NCBI GenBank assembly: GCA_902573565.1
Contig: CACGKI010000001.1
Location: 2,038 to 66,037 of the forward strand
Source of the DNA: an uncultured Prochlorococcus sp.
Lineage (GTDB): Bacteria; Cyanobacteriota; Cyanobacteriia; PCC-6307; Cyanobiaceae
Length of the DNA stretch: 64,000 nucleotides
Direction of reading: 5' to 3'
The notes under the pieces were generated by a model. That model was given only the letters and a program-made list of their open reading frames with translations, was not told the origin of the DNA and searched no databases. Below are positions 10,679 through 19,512 of the stretch, one piece after another. How positions within the stretch are numbered: position 1 is the first letter of the stretch; each line of letters starts with the position of its first letter. The position numbers and the translations under genes are program-made.

Positions 10679-10684
10679 TATAAT
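10679..10684 (+). promoter_or_regulatory. Candidate -10 box (TATAAT) for the pilA operon
   Basis: Perfect TATAAT 24 nt upstream of the GTG start. The TTGACA at 10651-10656 is 22 nt away, too far for a canonical -35. Confidence 0.25.
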
Positions 10685-10707
10685 GATATACATAATAACT
10701 TTTAAAA

Positions 10708-11184
10708 GTGACTTTATTAAAAGCATATTTAAACAGCCCTAGAGCAAAAAGAGCTCTTTCTAAAAAACCAGGGGAGGAGGGATTCTCTCTTATTGAATTG
10801 GTTGTTGTTGTAGCAGTTCTAGCAATACTATCAGCGATTGCTATTCCTTCTTTTACAAGTATAAGTCTAAAAGCACAAGCATCAGCAGCTGCGAACACTG
10901 TTGCTACAGTAGCTAAGGAATGTGCGGTGAAATACGCCAATGGAGAAACAACACCAACAAGACCTATTGTTACTCCTGATGGTTATGGTGCAATTACAGT
11001 AACTGCTCCAACAGGCACAGGGGCAACTGTCAGATGTACAAGGACTGGTCTCATCACAGCTGCTGCAGAAGGAGATGGATCTACAGGTAACCCAAGAACT
11101 TTGCCAGATTTTGTTTATAACGTTACTACTGGCGATAAAACATGCACAACTGGCTATCAAGGTTGTCCTTCAGGTAGATGGTAA
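10708..11184 (+). CDS. pilA: Type IV pilin (major pilin candidate), GTG start, ~25-aa leader
   Basis: Class III signal G|FSLIELVVVVAVLAILSAIAIPSF with Glu at +5. T/G/A/P-rich C-terminal domain with 4 Cys. No other start codon lies between GTG 10708 and the cleavage site. Confidence 0.8.
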   Translation: MTLLKAYLNSPRAKRALSKKPGEEGFSLIELVVVVAVLAILSAIAIPSFTSISLKAQASAAANTVATVAKECAVKYANGETTPTRPIVTPDGYGAITVTAPTGTGATVRCTRTGLITAAAEGDGSTGNPRTLPDFVYNVTTGDKTCTTGYQGCPSGRW

Positions 11185-11247
11185 TTCGACTCTTTTAAGT
11201 TCTACTATTTAAATTTATAAATCCCTTTATTATTTAATAACTAAATT

Positions 11248-11745
11248 ATGAATAAAAGGATTTATAGAAACTTAATTTACTTATCTTTTTCATCCATATT
11301 ATTGTTTGGTTGCTCCCAAAACAATAATATGGATATAGATTTGTCTAATTTACCCAAACCTAAGCTAAATCAAATAATTGATTTAACAGAGGAAGAGCCA
11401 GTCAAAGAAGATAACCAAACATATATTAAAGATTTAGTGCCTTTCGAGCCTAAAGAAAGATTACTTTCAAAATACAAATTTGGGAAAAAAGATCCTTTCT
11501 CAGAAAATGAAAATGAATTAAATAAATTAGGATCAGATTTTAAATTAAAAGGTTTTCTTGAGACAGATACTAAAAAATATGTAATTGTAGATTATCTAGG
11601 AAATAATGGCTCAATTTCCGAAGATTCTATTGGAGGTTTAAATACCGAATTATTACCTAATGGAGCAAAGGTAATTTTTATAGATGCTGAAGAAATGAAA
11701 TTAAAAATTAAATATGAAAACGAAGATTATATCTTTGAACTATAA
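11248..11745 (+). CDS. Lipoprotein, possible PilP-like pilus alignment component
   Basis: Lipobox LLFGC. C-terminal segment KLKGFLETDTKKYVIVDYLGNNGSI...GAKVIFIDAEEMKLKI resembles the PilP beta-domain pattern. Sits between two pilin genes. Confidence 0.4.
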   Translation: MNKRIYRNLIYLSFSSILLFGCSQNNNMDIDLSNLPKPKLNQIIDLTEEEPVKEDNQTYIKDLVPFEPKERLLSKYKFGKKDPFSENENELNKLGSDFKLKGFLETDTKKYVIVDYLGNNGSISEDSIGGLNTELLPNGAKVIFIDAEEMKLKIKYENEDYIFEL

Positions 11746-11835
11746 AAATTTTAATTAAGGTTAGTTTTAAAATTACTTAGTTGTTTAAGTTTTAATTAAA
11801 TATTATAATAAATACTCTAATCCATTGGATATCTC

Positions 11836-12981
11836 ATGAAAATATCCAAAACAAACAAAAGTGAAAATCATAATCAAGGCTTTACTCTCATAGAGCTAGT
11901 TGTTGTTGTTCTAGGGTTAGCCGCTTTAGCAGGTTTAACCCTCCCTAGTTTTCTTAATTCAATAAAACTAAATAGAATTGAAGAAGCCAAGGCATTAATG
12001 AATAGTTTCGCTACAGATTGTTTAGGAAAATATAGGATATCAACTGATCCAACAGATTTTATTGAAAATGCTACTCCAGATGAATTAGATAATATAAAAT
12101 TGTCAACATTACAATATCAAATCGATGGAGATAAAAATAAGTGTTCTCATGTAGCAATCAAACCTTTAAATGAAGATGAAAAAGATCTTTTTGCTTTTGA
12201 CTTCAGAATGTCAAGTGAGGGGAAAATATTAAAAACTGCTCAACCTTCCAGTAATCCAGACTTTCTTAACTCATGTAGAGGCTGGGCAGGAAAAAATTGC
12301 GGACTATCGGATGCCCAAAAAGCAGAATTTGCAAGACTAGCTGCATTAGCAAAAGCTAAAGCAGAATGTATTTCAGCTTATACCTCATGGTTAAATGATA
12401 AAAATAGTGGCGAATTTAGAACTTGGGATAACAGTAATGAGAATTGTACTAGACAGGTTTTTGCTTTTGAAGGAGTTCCAGTAAATTCACTAGAAGCAGT
12501 GGATCAAGCTTTAAAATCTAAGTATGGAAGAGCATGTTTGGATTGGAGAGAATCAAAAAAAAATACTATCAGTCCAAACGGCAACCCAGAAACTAAAAAT
12601 CCAGAATGTGGTGGCGTGCAGTATTGGTTCCATTCTGGAAATATATTTACAACCAAAGCAATGTGGGATGCTCACGACAATCTTCTAAAACAACAAGCAT
12701 GCGTTAAAAACAGAACAGATGCTCTTAACGGAGGTGTAAAAGGCAAATATACATATACACCTCAAGGGCCGCCACCTTGCGGCCAGGTTGTATGGTTATG
12801 TAATGGAGAAGAATATGGGTCACTTGAGGCGTATAAATCTACTTCTTGTGGTGCTCCGCCACCACCTCCAAAAGATCCTCCTGTTCCACCACACTGTGTA
12901 AATTTTGAACCACTGGCATTTTTATGCGGTGGCTATGTGCCTGGAAAGTCTAGATTTAGTCCAGCCTGTGAGTGTAGATAA
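11836..12981 (+). CDS. Large pilin-like protein (381 aa) with Cys-rich, poly-Pro C-terminus
   Basis: Prepilin signal MKISKTNKSENHNQG|FTLIELVVVVLGLAALAGL. Many Cys. C-terminal GAPPPPPKDPPVPPHC...CECR. Its stop abuts the pilB ATG. Confidence 0.7.
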   Translation: MKISKTNKSENHNQGFTLIELVVVVLGLAALAGLTLPSFLNSIKLNRIEEAKALMNSFATDCLGKYRISTDPTDFIENATPDELDNIKLSTLQYQIDGDKNKCSHVAIKPLNEDEKDLFAFDFRMSSEGKILKTAQPSSNPDFLNSCRGWAGKNCGLSDAQKAEFARLAALAKAKAECISAYTSWLNDKNSGEFRTWDNSNENCTRQVFAFEGVPVNSLEAVDQALKSKYGRACLDWRESKKNTISPNGNPETKNPECGGVQYWFHSGNIFTTKAMWDAHDNLLKQQACVKNRTDALNGGVKGKYTYTPQGPPPCGQVVWLCNGEEYGSLEAYKSTSCGAPPPPPKDPPVPPHCVNFEPLAFLCGGYVPGKSRFSPACECR

Positions 12982-14637
12982 ATGTCAAATAATCAATATA
13001 CAGCTACAAGTGTACGAAAGTTAGTAGATAAGTTTTTCTCTCTTCAGTGGTGCAGAGATAATTTAGTAGTTCCTCTATATGAGGAGACATCTTTGCCTAT
13101 GAGCCAGGGGATAATAAAAATAGCTATCGCAAACTATTCATATCTAGGAACTATTGCTTCCCCAATCAAGGAGAGATTAAGTCAATCTGGCTTTAAATGT
13201 GAATTTGTAGAAAGATCTCAAGAAGAAATACAAGAGATCCTAGATTTAGCATCTGAAGAAAGATTTATAAGTGGAGAATCTATAGAGATATCACAATTTG
13301 ACGAGGATGCAGTTCTAGAGGCCATAAAAGAAACCTCAGATAATTCGGATGATAGTTTTTCATTTGAATTTGATGATGATGATGAAACTGCAAATATTGA
13401 AGAAGATAGTTTAGATTTGGCATCCGAAATGATGGAAAGTAAAATTCAAAAGGCAGCAGGAATGGTATTAATCAATTCTAGAAAAAATGATGTATCTGAT
13501 ATTCATATCGAACCGAGAGAAGATGGTTACAAGATAAGGGTAAGGAAGGATGGAGTAATGCAAAAATTCATGTCAATGTCTAAAAAACCAGGAATTCAAT
13601 TAGTTGCATGTTTAAAAAATATGGCCCAGATGGATATTGCTGAAAGAAGGGCCAGTCAAGATGGGAAAATACTTAGAAAATTTGAAGGTAATAGATTTGA
13701 ATTCCGTTGTTCAACTGTTCCAGGAAAACATGGCGAAAAAATGGTTCTAAGAATCTTAAATAGTGATGCATCGGCACTAAATTTGGATACTTTAATTCAT
13801 ATTGAAAGTGTTAGAAAAGATTTTAGAAAAATAATGAATGCCACAAATGGGATAGTGATCGTTTCTGGTCCTACTGGCTCTGGTAAATCAACAACGCTAG
13901 CCGCAGCTTTAAGAGAAAAGGATACAGGAGATTCAAATATAGTAACTGCCGAAGACCCTATTGAATATGATATGGGAGGAGATATAAATCAAGTTCAGGT
14001 AAATAGGGCGAAAGGACAAACATTCGCTATGATTTTGAGAACTTTTTTAAGACAAGATCCAGACGTTATTCTTATTGGTGAAACTAGAGACCCTGAAACA
14101 GCAGAGTCATCTATGGATGCCGCTGAAACTGGTCATTTAGTTTTTACTACTCTTCATGCAAATTCATCAACTAGTTCTTTAACAAGATTATTAGACATGG
14201 AAGTCCCAAAATATAAGTTAAATGCAAGTGTTAGAGGTGTCTTGGCCCAAAGATTGCTTAGAAAAATTTGTACAGGATGCGGAATAAAAAGGCCTATTTC
14301 TGAAAATGAAGCTATTGAATTTGGTATCCCAAAGAATACTCCAATAATGTACGCAAATTCTTTAACGGCAGAAGAAAAATTAAACCGAAAAAAGGAAAAT
14401 ACTCTTTGTCCAAAATGTCAAGGCGCAGGATATAAAGGAAGAGTTGGGGCATATGAACTTCTTCTTATCGATAGAAACATACAAAATGCTATTTCCAAAG
14501 GATTAACCGATAGAGAAATTGAAAATTTAGCAGTTAACGAAAATTCAATGCTCACTCTTACTCAATACGGTGTAGAGTTAGTTAAAGATAATTTAACAAC
14601 AATTTCAGAAGTAATTAGGGTATGCAAATCGGATTAA
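12982..14637 (+). CDS. pilB: Type IV pilus assembly (extension) ATPase, GspE/PilB family
   Basis: 551 aa. Walker A GPTGSGKST, tetracysteine CTGC...CPKC, Asp/His boxes, N-terminal T2SSE_N-like domain. Confidence 0.9.
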   Translation: MSNNQYTATSVRKLVDKFFSLQWCRDNLVVPLYEETSLPMSQGIIKIAIANYSYLGTIASPIKERLSQSGFKCEFVERSQEEIQEILDLASEERFISGESIEISQFDEDAVLEAIKETSDNSDDSFSFEFDDDDETANIEEDSLDLASEMMESKIQKAAGMVLINSRKNDVSDIHIEPREDGYKIRVRKDGVMQKFMSMSKKPGIQLVACLKNMAQMDIAERRASQDGKILRKFEGNRFEFRCSTVPGKHGEKMVLRILNSDASALNLDTLIHIESVRKDFRKIMNATNGIVIVSGPTGSGKSTTLAAALREKDTGDSNIVTAEDPIEYDMGGDINQVQVNRAKGQTFAMILRTFLRQDPDVILIGETRDPETAESSMDAAETGHLVFTTLHANSSTSSLTRLLDMEVPKYKLNASVRGVLAQRLLRKICTGCGIKRPISENEAIEFGIPKNTPIMYANSLTAEEKLNRKKENTLCPKCQGAGYKGRVGAYELLLIDRNIQNAISKGLTDREIENLAVNENSMLTLTQYGVELVKDNLTTISEVIRVCKSD

Positions 14638-14647
14638 ATTTATTCAT

Positions 14648-15691
14648 ATGTCAATAGCTCGGGAGATAGTAGGTTTTGCAATAGAGGCGGGTTCCTCAGA
14701 TATCCATCTTGAAGAGAACTCTCCTATTGCAGTCAGGGTGAATTCTGAAATAAAGGTGAGTCCACAGAAATTAGACTCAGAAGATATGGATGAATTATTA
14801 CTAGAATTGCTAGGTAAAGAAAAATTAAATGAATACAATAGCACTGGAGATTTAGATAGCTCAATAGGCTTAGATGGACTATCAAGATTAAGAATTAATG
14901 CATACGTAGCAAATGAAAAAAGATGTCTTACTCTTAGACTACTCCCAAATGAACTTCCTAAATGGCAAGATTTAGGTCTACCTGATTCTTTCATTAAACT
15001 ATCAAAGCTTCATAGAGGTTTAGTGTTATGCACTGGTCCCACTGGATCAGGGAAGTCAACCACATTAGCAGCATTTATTAATTGCATGCTTGAGACACAA
15101 CAGAGGCACATATTAACTATTGAAGATCCAATAGAGTTCATTTTTAAACATACAGAAAATTCAATAATCCATCAAAGAGAAGTTAAAAGAGATACAAACT
15201 CATTTTCAGTTGCGTTAAGAGCCGCTCTTAGAGAAGATCCAGATGTAATTTATATTGGGGAAATGCGAGACTTAGAAACAATACAGTTAGCAATTACAGC
15301 TGCAGAAACTGGGCATCTAGTATTAGGAACACTGCATACTTCTTCAGCTGCAAAAACAGTTGAAAGAATAGTTGATGTATTTCCTGCTGATCAGCAAGAA
15401 CAGGCAAGATTGCAAGTTTCTACATCATTAGCTGGTATTATGTCTCAAACTTTATGTAAAAACACAAAAGGGAAAAGATCTCTTGCTTTCGAGTTAATGG
15501 TAAATACTCCTGCGATAGGTAACTTAATAAGAGAAAAAAAAGTTAGCGAAATTTATTCACAACTACAAACAGGCAGTCAATACGGGATGAACACTCTAGA
15601 ACAATGTCTAAATTCTCTTTATGCAGATGGTTTAATCTCTCAAGAAGAAGCATTAGGTAGAGCTTCAAACCCTAAAGCTATAAAATTATAA
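14648..15691 (+). CDS. pilT: Type IV pilus retraction ATPase
   Basis: 347 aa. Walker A GPTGSGKST. PilT-type AIGNLIREKK motif (compare AIRNLIRE). No N-terminal extension. Confidence 0.88.
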   Translation: MSIAREIVGFAIEAGSSDIHLEENSPIAVRVNSEIKVSPQKLDSEDMDELLLELLGKEKLNEYNSTGDLDSSIGLDGLSRLRINAYVANEKRCLTLRLLPNELPKWQDLGLPDSFIKLSKLHRGLVLCTGPTGSGKSTTLAAFINCMLETQQRHILTIEDPIEFIFKHTENSIIHQREVKRDTNSFSVALRAALREDPDVIYIGEMRDLETIQLAITAAETGHLVLGTLHTSSAAKTVERIVDVFPADQQEQARLQVSTSLAGIMSQTLCKNTKGKRSLAFELMVNTPAIGNLIREKKVSEIYSQLQTGSQYGMNTLEQCLNSLYADGLISQEEALGRASNPKAIKL

Positions 15692-15693
15692 AA

Positions 15694-16860
15694 ATGGTTG
15701 AATATGGTAATACTACCCAAGTAAGTAGCAAGGCAAAAAGAAATCCTCCACCAATTGTTTTTGGCATACCATTCGGGGAGATATCTCATTTAGACTATGA
15801 ACCTGATACAAAATTAAAAGTACCTCAAAATGATTTATTAGTCTTTTTTAGGCAAATGTCGGTAATGCTTAAAAGTGGAGTTGCACTCTCACAGGCATTA
15901 GAGCTATTAGCTGAAAATATGACTAATAAAAAGTTTGGTTCTAATATCCTTGAAGTATCAAAAAAGCTAGGAAGTGGAGAAGAGCTATCATCCAGCTTGG
16001 GGGCATTCCCCAGAATATTTAGTCCAATAATGATAGGACTTATTGAAGCTGGGGAAGCTGGAGGTATTTTATCTCAAGTTCTAGAAAGATTAGCCGCATT
16101 AATCGAGGCCAGAAGTAAGATAAAAGGGCAAATAACTGGAGCACTAATATATCCAGTAGCAATACTTGTTTTAGCCGTAAGCGTAAGTCTTGGCCTTTTA
16201 ATATTTATAGTTCCAAAGTTTGAGACAATGTTTGCAGATATGGGGGCTGAACTTCCTGGTATAACAAATTTCATGCTGACATTGTCCAGAATAGTAACCA
16301 CTTGGTCTTTTGCAATTATTGCTCCCTTAACATTATTCATTGGTTTTTATTTTTTTAATATTAGTTATGCAACTCCTACTGGGAGGAAATTTTTTGATAA
16401 CTTGATTTTAAAAATTCCCTTATTTGGAGATTTAATTTTAAAGTCTGAAATTGCTTCGCTATCTGATACACTAAGCACTTTAATTAATTCAGGAATTTCT
16501 ATAGTAGAAGCAATTGAGAGGTGTATAAATGCCTCTAATAACGAAATAATAAGGTTATCTCTGAGAAGATCAATTTCCTTAATCACTCAGGGGCAAGAAT
16601 TAAGCACATCTCTAGAAACTGCAAAAATAATGCCAAAGTTGCTTATATCTATGATTAGGATTGGAGAAGAAACTGGGGCTTTATCATTTATGGTAGAAAA
16701 TATTGCTAATTTTTATAAAAGGGAAGTGGAAGAATCAGTAACTGTTTTAACAAAAGCTATGGAACCTGCAGTTATTTTTGTTGTTGCTGGAATAGTAGGG
16801 ACAATAGTTGTCTCACTTTATTTACCAATGTTTAGTCTCATACAAAATATGGGGGCCTAA
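15694..16860 (+). CDS. pilC: Type IV pilus platform protein (GspF family)
   Basis: 388 aa, two T2SSF-like repeats with three TM segments. Follows pilT by 2 nt. Confidence 0.88.
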   Translation: MVEYGNTTQVSSKAKRNPPPIVFGIPFGEISHLDYEPDTKLKVPQNDLLVFFRQMSVMLKSGVALSQALELLAENMTNKKFGSNILEVSKKLGSGEELSSSLGAFPRIFSPIMIGLIEAGEAGGILSQVLERLAALIEARSKIKGQITGALIYPVAILVLAVSVSLGLLIFIVPKFETMFADMGAELPGITNFMLTLSRIVTTWSFAIIAPLTLFIGFYFFNISYATPTGRKFFDNLILKIPLFGDLILKSEIASLSDTLSTLINSGISIVEAIERCINASNNEIIRLSLRRSISLITQGQELSTSLETAKIMPKLLISMIRIGEETGALSFMVENIANFYKREVEESVTVLTKAMEPAVIFVVAGIVGTIVVSLYLPMFSLIQNMGA

Positions 16861-18314
16861 TCATTTTCTAGAAATGATTTATCCATCTTGAATGATTCCT
16901 TTTTCTTCTCTTCGCTTTTAATTTTAGTTTCTGCTTTTTCCTTTATTTTTAAATTTGGTAATGGGGGTAATTCCTTTTTCTTCTCTTCGTTTTTAATTTT
17001 AGTTTCTGCTTTTTCCTTTACTTTTGTATTTTCTTCATTTAATTTATTTAAAGAATCCATTAGATTAGCTACGGTTTGATTACTAATATCTTCAGTTTCT
17101 TCCTGAGTAGCTTCGCTATTATCATCTTGAAAAATAAATTTTTTCACTAGAAGCCTATCATTTAAAGTTTCGTCTTCTAAATTATTATTCTTTATTAAAC
17201 TCAAACCTAATCCTATAAGTCTTGACATGGAAAATTGATTAATTTCCTCTGGATTATATGAGAATTCTTTAAGAGAACTAGTATTTATTGGAGATATCAA
17301 AGCAACATCCATTTTTAAATTTTTGCCAATTAACTCTACAAGATTCTTATGTTGACTATTTCTACCAGATAAAAATATTTTCCCCTTTTTTTTCAGATTA
17401 TTTTGATTTACGAAATTTGTAAATGCTTGATTTATTTCTCTTATTAATACTTTTAAATCAAGTTGCGATAATGGATGGTAATTATCTGATTTTCTTTTAA
17501 TATTAGACTTATCATTTGTTTCAGCTTTTGTAGTATTCATTTTTTTCATCTCTTCTATTGAAGGAAATCTCCTAATAGAAGCTAATCTTTTTATTAATAT
17601 CGGTCCAGATCTATCAAGAATTACAAATTGAGTGAATTCATCCAGCAAATCTACTGAAATAATTAATTCATTTTCTTCTAATTTATTTATTTCTTGTTTT
17701 AGTAAATTAGCAATACACATATGGCTCATTTGCAGGGAACATATTTCTAAATTTGCATTTTTAATCGAATCAATAATGATCTCTACATTTTTTTTGGGGA
17801 TAGATGTTAAAAAATACTTGTTAAATTTCTTTTTTTTAGATTCCTTTTTAGGGAGTTTTGTTAGGTTTATCTCAAAATCTGAGTTCTCCAAAGATATAGG
17901 TATTTGAATCCCAGAATTAGGGTTCTCTAAAAAGGAAGAAGAATCCTCTTCATTTATATTCTCTGGAATTTCAATCAATCTGGTGTAACAAGTATCTGAT
18001 GGTAAAGATACTGCAACCTTACAGGTATTAATTTTATTTTCATTAATAATCTGTTTTAGAAAAAGACCAAAGTTTTCAGAATCAGAAGGTATTGATTTTT
18101 CTAGTGCTTCCCTTGGTAACTTTTGGGTTAAAACTTTTTTTATATAAAGTTTATTTTTTTGGGATTTGGCTACTCCAATATTTATAAAATCTGTACCTAT
18201 TTCCAATAGGATAATTTTACTACTTATTTTTTTAAAAACTTCTAAAAAAAGTTCTTTAATATCTTCAATTTGATATTCACTTATTTTTTTTTTAGGTGTT
18301 TTGGCTGAGTTCAT
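16857..18314 (-). CDS. pilM: PilM-like actin-fold pilus assembly protein with K/E-rich C-terminal extension
   Basis: N-terminal ~350 aa shows a PilM/FtsA-like layout (LLEIGTDFINIGVA...). The last ~110 aa are low-complexity, with a duplicated KEKAETKIKxEEKKKE. Last gene of the pilQ operon. Confidence 0.55.
   Translation of the reverse strand: MNSAKTPKKKISEYQIEDIKELFLEVFKKISSKIILLEIGTDFINIGVAKSQKNKLYIKKVLTQKLPREALEKSIPSDSENFGLFLKQIINENKINTCKVAVSLPSDTCYTRLIEIPENINEEDSSSFLENPNSGIQIPISLENSDFEINLTKLPKKESKKKKFNKYFLTSIPKKNVEIIIDSIKNANLEICSLQMSHMCIANLLKQEINKLEENELIISVDLLDEFTQFVILDRSGPILIKRLASIRRFPSIEEMKKMNTTKAETNDKSNIKRKSDNYHPLSQLDLKVLIREINQAFTNFVNQNNLKKKGKIFLSGRNSQHKNLVELIGKNLKMDVALISPINTSSLKEFSYNPEEINQFSMSRLIGLGLSLIKNNNLEDETLNDRLLVKKFIFQDDNSEATQEETEDISNQTVANLMDSLNKLNEENTKVKEKAETKIKNEEKKKELPPLPNLKIKEKAETKIKSEEKKKESFKMDKSFLEND
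16896..17020. repeat. Two 50-bp direct repeat copies (16896-16945 and 16971-17020), 75-bp period, 1 mismatch
   Basis: ttcctttttcttctcttcg[c/t]ttttaattttagtttctgctttttccttta read twice. Encodes the duplicated K/E-rich peptide in the pilM-like tail. Confidence 0.85.
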
Positions 18315-18835
18315 AATTTACAAAAAGGTTTAGGCCTACAAAATATTCTCCTAACTGGCGTTGCATTTACTGAAACACCATTTTCTGGTTTGGAATACAG
18401 GATGTAAATGCCCGGTTTACCCTTACCATTAGATAATTCTGAATAATTACTCTCTGATAGTGAAGTTGGTTTAATACATACTCTATACGATTTTGGTATC
18501 GCTTCTGTATCAATTGATGGAATTCCCCATTCTAAAGAAGGTAAAGCAGTGCACTGTAGATTCAAAATAAATTCTTTACTGATACCAGGCTCAGATAATA
18601 TTTCTATAATCGAATCAAAAGTATTATTTATTTGAGAGTGATCGTTAAGCATATCTTTTAATTCTTTATTTGAAGAAATATATTCATCTTTAGCTTCTTC
18701 ATTTAAAGGTTGAAAAAATCTTGAAGTATATTCAACCACCATAACTGTTATACCTGTAAATGCCGTTAACATTAACAATGCTAATACTAATTCTGGAAGA
18801 GTCATTCCTAAATTATAATTTTTTTTATTTTTCAT
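18311..18835 (-). CDS. Minor pilin / pseudopilin
   Basis: Prepilin signal MKNKKNYNLG|MTLPELVLALLMLTAF (Gly -1, Glu +5). 174 aa. 4-nt overlap with pilM. Confidence 0.65.
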   Translation of the reverse strand: MKNKKNYNLGMTLPELVLALLMLTAFTGITVMVVEYTSRFFQPLNEEAKDEYISSNKELKDMLNDHSQINNTFDSIIEILSEPGISKEFILNLQCTALPSLEWGIPSIDTEAIPKSYRVCIKPTSLSESNYSELSNGKGKPGIYILYSKPENGVSVNATPVRRIFCRPKPFCKL

Positions 18836-18838
18836 AAC

Positions 18839-19048
18839 TTACTCATTGAATTTTAATGATTTAATATCTTGATTTATATTTTCAATATCGGCTAAGTTAT
18901 ATCCTGCATCAATTAATATTTGTCTTTCTTCTTCTATAAGGGAATATTTCCCAACTTTAATTAATGCTTTATCAGTGATATTAATTGCTAATAGCATTGC
19001 CACAGTTACTCCAGACATTATGACAGAACCAACCAACGCAGAAATCAT
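18839..19048 (-). CDS. Small pilin-like hydrophobic N-terminus protein (no leader)
   Basis: 69 aa beginning MISALVGSVIMSGVTVAMLLAI. ATGA overlap with the upstream ORF. No G/E prepilin motif. Confidence 0.4.
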   Translation of the reverse strand: MISALVGSVIMSGVTVAMLLAINITDKALIKVGKYSLIEEERQILIDAGYNLADIENINQDIKSLKFNE

Positions 19049-19476
19049 TTATTTACCTCATAAGGACAAAAAGATTCATTCTTCAAGTAACAAGAAAATA
19101 AGCTATAAGTGCCAAAACCAGATTTCTTTATTAAAACTCTATGATTAAGATCTTTGTTTACTAATACGCAACTATTAACAAATAAAGTATTTCTTGAAGG
19201 TGTTTGAGTCCCAGTTGTTGAAAATATTTCTCCGTCTTCATAGAGTGCATTATCCATGTTTTCCTTTATTTTTGAACATATCTCCAAATCAGGTCCTGTA
19301 TAATTATTTATAATATTCAAAATCCTCCTATCATAACTTGGCAGAGCTGAACTGTAGTATACGTCTCTTTTAAATGTACTTAATAGCATAAGATTATTTA
19401 CATTATTTCCTATTTGCATCATTGCTGAAATCCCAGAAATCATTGCAATACCTAAGCCAACGTACAAAAATGTCAT
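19045..19476 (-). CDS. Membrane-anchored protein, pilin-like N-terminus without leader
   Basis: 143 aa beginning MTFLYVGLGIAMISGISAMMQI, with 4 Cys in the C-terminal part. Operon position between pilO-like and the minor pilin. Confidence 0.4.
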   Translation of the reverse strand: MTFLYVGLGIAMISGISAMMQIGNNVNNLMLLSTFKRDVYYSSALPSYDRRILNIINNYTGPDLEICSKIKENMDNALYEDGEIFSTTGTQTPSRNTLFVNSCVLVNKDLNHRVLIKKSGFGTYSLFSCYLKNESFCPYEVNK

Positions 19477-19512
19477 AATTAAATTAATTTAATAATCAAA
19501 TGAAAATCTGAG

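Noticed and set aside
10587-11160. Two antisense ORFs (117 aa and 92 aa) overlapping pilA.
   Set aside because: They arise from the locally GC-richer, stop-poor composition of the pilin gene. The plus-strand product has a textbook prepilin signal.
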